DNA from: Octopus vulgaris | Taxonomy: Eukaryota | DNA: 64,000 nt | Direction of reading: 5' to 3' | NCBI GenBank assembly: GCA_951406725.2 | Contig: OX597823.1 | Location: 620,001-684,000 of the forward strand | Shown here: positions 38,317 through 48,997 of the stretch, in pieces | Layout: each line of letters opens with the position of its first letter | Numbering within the stretch: position 1 is the first letter of the stretch | Notes under the pieces: model-generated | Database searches by the model: none | Told to the model about the DNA's origin: nothing | The model's input: only the letters and a program-made list of their open reading frames with translations | Program-made: the position numbers and the translations under genes

Positions 38317-38569
38317 TTGCCATGTTGGATTGCTGAACTCATGACATTTTTTTCATTCTCTCTGTTTCTTTTCCTCTTATTACTTTCTGTTGAAGAGCAT
38401 AGGTTTGAAACACAAAAGACTTATTCCTTTTTCCCAGGCATCAAAGCTAATACACTTGCTTGTTGTTCTTATACCTGTCTTTGTCTTTTGTTTTTCTATA
38501 AATTTCAACTATATTTATACATACATATTTATACACACACACACACATATACATACATATATATGCATA

Positions 38570-38720
38570 CAAGGTCTGATCAATAAGTATCCGGACTGAT
38601 TCTAAAGCATGCAGAGTGAAGCTGTTTGGCACAAACTGACCTTCAACTAAGTTTTGACGTTCTAGTTCACTTCTGTTGTTTACAGCAGTGCTTGGAAGGA
38701 AGGTGTGTAGAGTGTGATCA
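38570..38720. mobile_element. Tc1/mariner terminal fragment (one TIR)
   Basis: TA|CAAGGTCTGATCAATAAGTATCCGGAC is a mariner-type TIR following a TA dinucleotide; no partner TIR found. Confidence 0.55.
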
Positions 38721-38721
38721 A

Positions 38722-39095
38722 ACCAAGGGTCAAGAAGCTTGAAGATCCTCTGAATGGACAGAAATTTAGAGACATATTATTTGAAGCTTTAGATGAAAAA
38801 GAAGAGAATATAACATCACATAATGTAGAGGACAACTGGAGGTTCCTATGGGACAACCTGTTGAGGGCTACTGACTAGATCCGTAGCTGATGCAAAGTCT
38901 CCTTTTGACTTAAGGTGACATGGTGGTGGAACAATGTAGTTGACAGGGCCAATAGCAAATAGAAACAGGCCTGTAAGTGTGGTGGTAGCAGGGAACTGTA
39001 TGAGATAGTCAGAAGGGAAGCTAGGAGACAGGTTTACTTCGCCAGAGGGGAAGCAGAAAAGAAAAGATTTGCCAATGTTCTGTGCTATGAGTACC
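38722..39095 (+). mobile_element. RTE LINE internal fragment (EN-RT linker), degenerate
   Basis: AAGCTTGAAGATCCT...TTTAGAGACATATTA...TGGTGGTGGAACAATGTAGTTGACAGGGC...TTTGCCAATGTTCTG aligns with 46490-46860. Confidence 0.85.
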
Positions 39096-39566
39096 AGTGG
39101 CTAAATCTAAACAAATGACTGAAAAAAACTGTCCTTATAAGGTCGCTTTTCTCTAAGATTTACAGCTTTAGGGTTCGTTTACAAATTTATACATATATGT
39201 ACTACACTGAAAATATCTCTACATTAAATTTGGCTGAAATTGATGAGTGGACTATGTGGGTGAGTTGAGTGTGTAGGGAGCCATGTAAGAATTGATGAGT
39301 GGACTATGTGGGTGAGTTGAGTGTGTAGGGAGCCATGTAAGAATTGATGAGTGGACTATGTGGGTGAGTTGAGTGTGTAGGGAGCCATGTAAGAATTGAT
39401 GAGTGGACTATGTGGGTGAGTTGAGTGTGTAGGGAGCCATGTAAGAATTGATGAGTGGACTATGTGGGTGAGTTGAGTGTGAAGGGAGCCATGTAAGAAT
39501 TGATGAGGCTGAGTTCAATCGCAGTGGTTCAGCCCATCTTTCTTCAACTGTTTAGATTTAGTCACT
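39096..39566. mobile_element. MITE with 18-bp TIRs (possibly Kolobok-like) containing a minisatellite
   Basis: AGTGGCTAAATCTAAACA (39096-39113) and TGTTTAGATTTAGTCACT (39549-39566) are 17/18 complementary. The right end is followed by TTAA; the left flank lacks TTAA and abuts RTE sequence. Confidence 0.55.
39238..39507. repeat. 52-bp minisatellite, ~5.2 near-identical copies
   Basis: Unit AATTGATGAGTGGACTATGTGGGTGAGTTGAGTGTGTAGGGAGCCATGTAAG at 39238, 39290, 39342, 39394, 39446 and partially at 39498; one substitution seen, in copy 5. Confidence 0.95.
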
Positions 39567-39580
39567 TTAATTGGAGCCTA

Positions 39581-39611
<31 letters not shown>

Positions 39612-39646
39612 ATAAAAAATAATATGTTATTACAGTTATCATATAC

Positions 39647-39677
<31 letters not shown>

Positions 39678-39825
39678 GACACACACACAAAGTATGGGGC
39701 TTTAGTTCACAGGTGATCTAAACGATTAGGTACAATATATAAGTGGTGTAACAGATTACTAGGGCTCCAAAGTTATAGCTGAGATGGTAGTTATGGAGCC
39801 ATTACAGAATTCTGATGCAGCGGAC

Positions 39826-39971
39826 ATATAATTGTTAAAGAGGACAAAACGTTAAGGCAAGGCAACATCTCAAGTCATATGGAATATTATTATGGGTAAA
39901 ATAATAATATTGTATATAACTTGAGATGTTTGCCTTACCTTAATGTTTGATGTCCTCTTTAACAATTATGT
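39826..39971. repeat. ~145-bp imperfect palindrome (foldback/MITE-like)
   Basis: ATAATTGTTAAAGAGGACA...AAGGCAAGGCAACATCTCAAGT...AATATTATTAT pairs with ATAATAATATT...ACTTGAGATGTTTGCCTTACCTT...TGTCCTCTTTAACAATTAT. Confidence 0.85.
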
Positions 39972-40151
39972 ATATATACATGTGTGTACTCTATGTAACA
40001 AAACTTGAAATCAGCTTTTAACAAATAGTGAAATACACCCAATACAGGGAAACAGGTGAAAATTGTTTCTGATATCAAAAAGGGAAACCTACTGACTTAC
40101 AGCAACTTGTCTCTAAACACAACTTTTAAAGTATTAAACAACCACCTATTT

Positions 40152-40573
40152 CGGTGGTTTTCAACCGGAGGTTCATATAACCCTTGCGGGGCCATATAAC
40201 CCTTGCGGGGCCATTTAACCCTTGCGGGGCCATATAACCATTGCAGGTCCATATAAACCTTGCAGGGCCATATAACCCTTGCGGGTCCATACAACCCTTG
40301 GGGGTCCATATAACCCTTGCGGGGCCATATAACCCTTGCTGGTCCATACAACCCTTGCGGGCCCATATAACACTATTGATGTTAAAATTTACCTGCAATA
40401 AATTACTTATATTTCTACAACATACAAAATATTTTCACAATTTTTTAATACAATTTCTTATAAGATTTAATTATAAAAATAGGATCTTTGAAACCTCGAA
40501 TGGCTATGAGGGTCCACCAAAGTAAAATAGGAATCGAGGTGGTCCCTAAAGAAGAAATGGTTGAGAACCCCTG
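40152..40573. mobile_element. hAT (Charlie-like) MITE with an internal 19-bp tandem array
   Basis: TIRs CGGTGGTTTTCAACC / GGTTGAGAACCCCTG. Flanks ACCTATTT and ATCTACTT are 6/8 identical with a central TA, as in Charlie targets. Confidence 0.75.
40174..40370. repeat. 19-bp minisatellite, ~10.5 copies
   Basis: Unit CATATAACCCTTGCGGGGC; produces the 19-aa periodic ORFs at 40097 and 40126. Confidence 0.95.
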
Positions 40574-40922
40574 ATCTACTTCCTAATCTTCAACCCATTT
40601 CCCTCTCCAGTGATTACCAGTTTGGCTTCATAGAGCCACCAGAAACTTACACCCTTTAGGGTCCCTAATACTTGAAAATATGCATCCAAGTGTAGCCTTC
40701 ACATCAATACCAGCTTCCACTAACATGAGAATCTATTTGCCCAGCTCTGGTTTATCCATTTATCTCTTAGGTCTTGAATAAGAAGTTTTCTTTCAAACAT
40801 CTCCATTATATTGACTTTCTTTTCTTCAACCTACATCCAATCAGCTTTGGTGAATCCCAAGATTCGTTTGGGTCTTCAACACTCTTCCTTCTGTGGTTTT
40901 AATCAATATTGTTAGTTTACGT

Positions 40923-41878
40923 CATTGACGAACGACAGGGACCTTCTCTTTGTGGCTGGTGACTTCAATGGTCATGTTGGACAACATGCTGGGGGCTTCC
41001 ATGGTGTACATGGAGGCCATGGTTATGGTTCCCGCAACGAGGAGGGAACCAGGCTGCTGGAGTTCTGCAATGCAAATGATCTTATGGTTTGCAACACTAA
41101 CTTCAGAAAACCTACCAGCCACCTAGTCACCTACCGATCGGGCCGACATACCAGCCAAATTGACTACATCCTTGCCAGGAAAAGGGAAAAATGGCTCCTT
41201 ATAAATGCTAAAACCTTTCCAGGCAAAGAATGTACCCCACAACATAGACTGGTAGTTAGTGACTTTAGGATCAGGACTAGGAGGACGACCAGAAGATGAC
41301 CAACATGGAGAAGAAGGATCTGGAAGCTTAAAGATCCTGCGAATGGACAGAGACTTAGGGACATATTACTTGAAGCCTTTGACGAAGTAGAAGGGGATAT
41401 AGCTTCACATGGGGTAGAAGACAACTGGAGGTCTCTAAGGGGTAACCTGCTGAGAGCCACTGACCAGATCTGTGGCTGGTGCAAAGTCCCCTCTCGACCC
41501 AAAATAACGTGGTGGTGGAACAATGTTGTAGACAGGGCTATTAGAGAAAAGAGACAGGCTTGGAAGGACTGGAAAAATGGTGGTAGTAGGGAATTGTATC
41601 AGACTACCAAAAGAGAAGCTAGGAGACAGGTTTATTTCGCCAAAAGGGAAGCAGATAAGAAAAAATTTGTCAATGTTCTGCGCCGTGGGGACCAAAGACT
41701 TGAGGTATTCCATGTTGCAAGATAGTGTGTGAGAGAAAATCGTGATGTGGTAGGAGAGAAATGTGTTTGCATGGATGATGGTTCACTTGCGCTGAATGAG
41801 GATGCAAAGAGAGAGGTTTGGAGATACCATTATGAGAGGCTGCTAAATAAGGAAAATGAATGGGATAAAGAGAGTCTG
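40923..41878 (+). mobile_element. RTE LINE internal fragment (AP endonuclease C-half + linker)
   Basis: ORF 40925..41299 has VAGDFNGHVG, NEEGTRLLEFC, SQIDYIL and QHRLV; collinear with 46094-47050; truncated at both ends. Confidence 0.95.
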
Positions 41879-42597
41879 AGAATGTGCATCATTGATCATG
41901 AGCAGGAGTAGTAAGAGAGCAACATGGCCAAGTATTGAAAGGGATTCTTTGGGGTTCCAATAAATATCATAACAAAGGCAAAATTTGAAGAAGGAAATAT
42001 TGGCCATTTTTCATATTTTCTACGAGTAAGAAAATAAGAAATAATAATTGCAACCCAGGGACAAAAACCATGTTACACAGTGTAATCCACAATGGAAGCA
42101 AGATTAAGCTCAAACAGCGAAACTGAAGAAGAGATTCAACTGTGACACAAAAAACATTGACTTCAATTACATTTGAGAACAATTTTGGATAACCTAAAGA
42201 ACTACAAGAGATTCTGAGAGCAAACCTAAGTTTCTATCGTCTTTGCAACACATAGGCAGCAGCCAAGGTGTCTCTCTTGAAATTCTTCATTGAATGGTAT
42301 TGATGGATGAGATTCGGAATTTATAGAGAAGTGCTGACCTAAATGTTTGTCTGAAAGAGTTTATACATGAAGAACTCTTGGATTCCTCATGTATCTCTAA
42401 ATAGAAGAAGCAAAACATTTCCATGACCCTCACCACTTCCCCTGCTTTTTCAACTCAGAATCGTTATGTTTCCAACCCAGCCACAATCTACAGCCTTTCA
42501 TATTTGCCTGATATCTTTTTAGCTTTATTTAGAATTATCATGAATCACAGGGACTAATCAAATATTGAGGCTTTAAAATCCGTCTGTACATTGGATG

Positions 42598-42659
<62 letters not shown>

Positions 42660-43440
42660 CCAATGAATATAGATTAATACACACACTGATGTATCTATAT
42701 TGGGGGTATATAAAGAGATATCAATATGCAACATTGAAGAAGGAAGAGAGAAAAATATACATTAAATAAAAAAAAGGAAAAATAAAAATATAAAAAATAA
42801 AATAATAAAAGGAAAAAAGATGAAAGAAAAAAAAGAAAACGACAAAGGAAAAGAGGAGGTAGGGAGGAGGAGGAGGCAATGGCGTGGGTATCTTTTTGCA
42901 ATTGATTAGAGAGTCTAATCAATAGTAATATGATCCTGATTGCAGATCGAAGTCATGAATCATTGGAATTGACTGATATTTCACATGAAATCCAACAACA
43001 GCAACTAGAACATGACGATGATGATGATGATGATGATGACTGTAGTGGTGGTGGTAGGGAGTTGGGGGCCTTATCCAACTAACAATAACTGGGACTCTGC
43101 TTCAGCTGGTCTTTGTTTGGCTCCCCACGCTTCATTTAACATTGAATCAACTCTGAGATTTGAAGACAGAAAAAATACAGACGCCATCATTAAATTTAGA
43201 AAATATGGCCAAAAAAAAGAAAATCCTTTAAATGATAATCCCATCTTCTGCAGATGAATCTGGCAAAAGATGCAGAATGGAGTCGTTAATGCTTTGACAG
43301 TTGAGTCACTTAAATAAGAGGCTACACACACACACACACGTCTGTCTGTCTGTTTGTCTACAAACGTGTGTGTGTGTGTGTTTGGTTCTTGAGTTTGTTA
43401 TTTAATCACACCTAAAATCAGGCTGCAGCACTGCTTTCAT

Positions 43441-43488
<48 letters not shown>

Positions 43489-44789
43489 TGGAGATGCAGA
43501 GCTCTTAGAGAGAGCTATTCAGTCCTGGTTTTGTCATATGAATTGGATGTGTGGCAACACTGCACTGGGACAGGTTACAAGTCTATTACCAATAATATTT
43601 CCTGATGATTTAAGCAGATTTCAACCAAATCTTCAACAGACAGGTGGACTTAGGCAATGTGGTATTCCACCCAGTAAAACAACAGAGGCAGGTTAGAAGT
43701 TAGGACCAAGAGGTAGCTTGTCCAATACCTTATCCACTGGGTTACTGTTGCTCCGACACATCCATAAGTTTTACATTCAAATATTCATGTGTTTCCCACA
43801 TGCATCACACCTGTGTGTGTGTGTGTGTGCTTTTGTATGATGTGTTTTTGTTTCCTTCTCCTCTTTGTTCTCCTGTTGACTCACCTGTACAGGTGAATTG
43901 GTGAATCAGAAATGATTTTTGAAGAGGTATTTGAGGACTTGCGGTTCATTCAGTTAACCAAAGAGAAAACTCCATGGACAGAGAGAAAGACATAATTATA
44001 AGAAGCAGGGCCAACAGATGTAGGGGTGGGTATGGCTTAGCAAGTTTAGTAACAGAGCAAGGGCCATTACAGAAAATACAGCAGAAACAATGAATTTGAA
44101 GATTGAAAGCTTTGCATAAAGGGGTTTATTAATCGAATGGATAGCCCCACCACCACTGCCACCATTCTGCTTTGAATGCAGTCTTCGAGATCAGTGATTG
44201 AAAAAAAAAGGGTCAACAGTGAAAATACTACATTGTGGAGCAAAATTAGTATCGACAAAACATGGACAGCAACTGAAGCCACCAGATAGGAAGTCGTCTC
44301 CTTTCGAGGAATTTTTAGAACAAAGATTTTAGAGGAGGTTCCAAGAGATGGAGAGTCTGAGTTTGCGTTGCTGTTATTATTAGCTGCTGGTCATCCTTGG
44401 TCAGATAAATTCTAACATCAAAGACATTCTAATCATGAATAATCTTTTATTCAAGCAATGTATCTTGGAGAATATTATCCAATGTGCCTTCCCTTTTTTT
44501 CTTAATTTGTTAGAATATGATTCAGAGGGACATTTTGCTGCTATTTCTAGCTGATGCTCCTTTGTAGCATATCCTGAAATTTTACATTTCCATAATTTTG
44601 TGTGATCTTATGGTGCTATATTGCATCTAAGAACTGACCATTTTCTTTGGAATGCTTAAAAAGAAAAAAAGAATTTGTGAGAAATGCCTTACACAAAACA
44701 GCAGACATGATCCCACCTCCAGTCCAGATGCATCATGGGACACTAGTTGGGACAAGCATTTCCTATAAACATAAAAATCATGTTCTACT

Positions 44790-45200
44790 TGGTATCTTTT
44801 ATTTGTTTCAGTCATTAGACTGTGGCCATGCTGGGGCATTGCCTTCAAAACTTTTTGCTGAGTGAATCAACCCAGTAGTTCTTTCTTAGAGCCTGGCATC
44901 TATTTTATTTCGCTCTTTTGCCAAATTGGTATATTACAGGGACATAGACACTAACAATGGTTGCCAAGGGGTGGAGGGGGGGGGACAAGTACAGACACAA
45001 AGACACACACACACACACACATTCAAATATATACAATGGACTTCTTTCAGCTTCTGTCTATCAAATCCATTCACAAGGCTTTGGTCAGCCCAAAACTATA
45101 GGAGAAGACAATTTGCCCAACGTGCCACACAGTGGGACTGAACCCAGGACCATGTGGCTGGGAAGCAAGCTTCTTACCACGCATGTTACACTTGTGCTTC
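44790..45200 (-). mobile_element. SINE family A, tail type 1
   Basis: TTTCAGTCATTAGACTGTGGCCATGCTGGGGCA (tail) ... AAATCCATTCACAAGGCTTTGG...GTGCCACACAGTGGGACTGAACCCAGGACCATGTGGCTGGGAAGCAAGCTTCTTACCAC (head). Confidence 0.85.
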
Positions 45201-45454
45201 CCATAAAGAAATTCAATGTTATTGACAGCATTTCTTGTGTTGACCATTGAAGTGACCCTTGGTGGCAATGGCTCTTTATCTTGAAGAGTTTAAATGTAAT
45301 TAACCTTGAATATTGGCAGAAGAGAAACAAAGACGTAAGAAAGAGGAGAATTAAAAAAGATTTTATTCTTAAACAGAATCAGTTGCAGCTGCCATGCCAT
45401 GATACGGTTCTCTGCCTCTTTACAATAATGACGGATATCTATTCCCATTATTCC

Positions 45455-45765
45455 AGGCTCAGTGGTTAGAGTATCTCACTTACAATCGTAAGGTCGTGAG
45501 TTCAATTTCCAATGGCACATTGTGTCTTTGAGCAAGACACTTTATTGCTCCACTCCACTCAGCTAGCAAATATGAATAGCACCTGTAGTTCAAAGGGCCA
45601 ACCTTGTCACATTCTGTATCACATTGAATCCCTTTGAGAGGTACATTAAGGATGTGCATGTCAGTGGTGTACTCAGCCACTTGCACATTAATTTCATGAG
45701 CAGACTATTGCATTGATCAGATCAACAAGAACCCTTGTCCTCATAACCAATGGAGTCTCAGTTTA
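45455..45765 (+). mobile_element. tRNA-derived SINE family C
   Basis: GGCTCAGTGGTTAGAG (A box), GAGTTCAATTTCC (B box), then a TTGTGTCTTTGAGCAAGACACTTTATT...CTCCACTCAGCT central domain. Confidence 0.7.
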
Positions 45766-45933
45766 TTTCTCAAGCTTGGTAAATTAAAACAATGCATGTC
45801 ATCAACCCTGTACAAATGACCGATAGAACAGAATTATTGATTCTGAAGATTTCATAGTTAAGGGTGGGGGGGGCATAAATCTGGTGAGTCAAACAATATT
45901 TTTAATTAATAAAACATTACAGTAATTGAGGTA

Positions 45934-48730
45934 GATAAAGTAATTGAGGTAATCAGAGTATGTGACAGAATACTTAAGATTAGATTAGCGCTTCATCATA
46001 GTTTAGCAACCATTATATCAGCCTATGCTCCTCAGTCGGGGCTACCTGATGGACAGAAAGACCGATTCTATGACACTCTACTGCAGACTACCTCGTTGAC
46101 GAACGACAGAGACCTTATCTTTGTGGCTGGTGACTTCAATGGTCACGTTGGACGACATGCTGGGAGCTTCCATGGCGTACATGGAGGCTATGGCTATGGC
46201 TCCCGAAACGAGGAGGGAACCAGGCTGCTGGAGTTCTGCGATGCAAATAATCTTATGATTTGCAACACTAACTTCAGGAAACCTACCAGCCACCTAGTCA
46301 CTTACCGATCGGGCCAACATACCAGCCAAATTGACTACATCCTTGCAAGGCAAAGGGAGAGATGGCTCCTTATAAATGCCAAAACCTTCCCAGGTGAAGA
46401 ATGTACCCCACAACATAGACTGGTAGTTAGTGACTTTAGGATCAGGACTAGGAGGACAACCAGAAGACGACCAATATGGAGAAGAAGGATCTGGAAGCTT
46501 AAAGATCCTGCAAATGGACAGAGATTTAGAGACATATTACTTGAAGCCTCTGACGAAGTAGAAGGGGATAGAGCATCACAGGGGGTAGAAGACAGCTGGA
46601 CGTTTCTAAGGGACAACCTGCTGAGAGCCACTGACCAGATCTGTGGCTGGTGCAAAGTCCCCTCTCGACCTAGAATAATGTGGTGGTGGAACAATATTGT
46701 AGACAGGGCTATTAGAGAAAAGAGACAGGCTTGGAAGGTCTAGAAAAATGGGGGTAGCAGGGAATTGTATCAGACTGCCAAAAGAGAAGCTAAGAGACAG
46801 GTTTATTTAGCCAGAGGGGAAGCAGATAAGAAAAAATTTGCCAATGTTCTGCGCCGTGAGGACCAAAGACTGGAGGTGTTTCGCGTTGCAAGACAGTGTG
46901 TGAGAGAGAATCGTGATGTGGTAGGAGAGAAGTGTGTTCGCATGGAAGATGGTTCACTTGCGCTAAATGAGGATGCAAAGAGAGAGGTTTGGAGATGCCA
47001 CTATGAAAGTTTGCTGAATAAAGAAAATGAATGGGATAAAGAGAGTCTGCCGAATGTTGACCCAACAGAGGGACCAGCTATCCGAGTTGATAGTTCCGTG
47101 GTAGCTAAGGCAATTAGAAGCATGAAGACAGGAAAAGCCCCAGGCCCATCAGGAATCACTGCAGAGATGCTCAAAATGTCTGGTAGTGTCGGCTATAGCC
47201 TAGTCACCCATATAGTTAATCAGGTGATACACAAAGGAGTCATACCCAATGACTGGTGTAGCAGCATAATAGTCAACTGCTACAAAGGTAAAGGTGACGC
47301 CCTAGATACAAATAACTACAGAGGTATCAAGCTGTTGGATCAGGTGATGAAGGTTACGGAGAGGGTCATAGCCCAACTAATTAGAGAGAGAGTTAGTTTA
47401 GATGAGATGCAGTTTGGGTTTGTGCCAGGGAAAAGTACTACTGATGCTATATTCCTGGTAAGGCAGCTGCAGGAGAAATACCTAGCCAAAGATAAGCCCC
47501 TGTACCTGGATTTTGTTGACATGGAGAAAGCTTTCGACAGGGTCCCCCAATCCCTTATCTGGTGGGCAATGAGGAAACTAGGGATAGATGAATGGTTAGT
47601 GAGAGCTGTGCGGGCCATGTATAGGGACGCTGCTAGTAGGGTGAGGGTTGGAAACGAGTACAGTGAAGAATTCCGGGTAGAGGTAGGGGTCCACCAAGGC
47701 TCAGTACTCAGCCCCCTCCTATTTATCATAGTCCTCCAGGCAATAACGGAGGAATTCAAGACAGGATGCCCCTTGGGAGCTCCTCTATGCTGATGACCTT
47801 GCTCTAATTGCTGAGTCGCTATCAGAACTGGAGGAGAAGTTTCAGGTGTGGAAACAAGGATTAGAATCGAAGGGCCTCAGAGTCAATCTAGCTAAAACCA
47901 AAGTCGTAATCAGTAGGAAGGTAGACAAATCACAAACGCCTTCAGGTAGATGGCCCTGCTCGATCTGTAGAAAAGGTATAGGTAGAAACTCTATAAGATG
48001 CACCAAGTGTAAGCTATGGACACATAAGAGGTGCAGCAATGTCAAAGGAAGGCTAACTAGGAAGATGGTTTTTTTATGTGGCAGATGCTCAGGAACAATA
48101 AACACTGAAAATGCTCTGAGACCAACTTCCGTCACTTTCCAGGGAGAAAAACTAGAAATAGTTGATAGTTTCCGTTACCTAGGTGACCAAGTCAGCAGCG
48201 GGGGCGGGTGTGCTGAAAGTGTAACTGCTAGAGTAAGAATAGCTTGGGCAAAGTTCAGAGAGCTGGTGACAAAAGGCCTCTCGCACAGAGTGAAAGGCAG
48301 ACTGTATGATGCGTGTGTACGAACAGCCATGCTACATGGCAGTGAAACATGGGCCGTGACTGCTGAGGATATGCGTAAGCTCGCAAGAAATGAAGCCAGT
48401 ATGCTCTGATGGATGTGTAATGTCAGTGTTCATAATCGACAGAGTGTAAGTACCTTGAGAGAAAAGCTGGACCTAAGAAGCATCAGTTGTGGTGTGCAAG
48501 AGAGACGATTGCGCTGGTATGGTCAAGTGGCGAGAATGGATGAAGATAGTTGTGTGAAAAAGTGCCACACTCTAGTGGTTGAGGGAACCTGTGGAAGAGG
48601 TAGACCCAGGAAAACCTGGGACGAGGTGGTGAAGCACGACCTTCGAACTTTAGGTCTCACTGAAGAAATGACTAGAGACCGAGTCCTCTGGAAGTGTGCT
48701 GTGCGCGAGAAGACCCGGCAGGACAAGTGA
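45934..48730 (+). pseudogene. RTE endonuclease-reverse transcriptase polyprotein, disrupted
   Basis: ORF pieces 46096..46743, 46765..47793, 47846..48409 and 48413..48730. Lesions are TGG>TAG at 46741, a +1 T near 47773 (CP/WELLYADD), CGA>TGA at 48407 and an in-frame 12-bp deletion near 48262. Confidence 0.92.
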
Positions 48731-48804
48731 GTCCATAACCCGTGGCCTTCTACTTGGGATGGAGCCAGCCTACGTATGCATACCTTCCCTTCTTGGGACA
48801 CAAA

Positions 48805-48997
48805 ACTCTACTTGTGAAGACCTGTTGAGGCAAGTGAGGATCAGAATCGAAATCGATCAATGGAAATTGCAGATGTGTTACCAGTACCGGTGGCATGTCG
48901 ATACTCTACTGGTGAAGACCCGTTGAGGCAAGTGAGGATCAGAAATGGAAATCGATCAATGGAAATTGCAGATGTGTTACCAGTGCCGGTGGCATGT
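48805..48997 (+). repeat. ~98-bp tandem duplication within the RTE 3' UTR
   Basis: ACTCTACT.GTGAAGACC.GTTGAGGCAAGTGAGGATCAGAA...CCGGTGGCATGT starts at 48805 and again at 48903. Confidence 0.9.

Noticed and set aside
39238-39507. CRISPR-like array
   Set aside because: The units are contiguous and identical with no unique spacers, there are no cas genes, and the context is eukaryotic.
40097-40525. Repeat-protein ORFs (PQGLYGPARVIW...)
   Set aside because: These are a by-product of a 19-bp minisatellite inside a MITE and are open in several frames on both strands.
43860-44330. Candidate plus-strand exon after a pyrimidine tract and CAG at about 43892
   Set aside because: No sustained ORF or recognisable product; the splice-like signal alone is insufficient.
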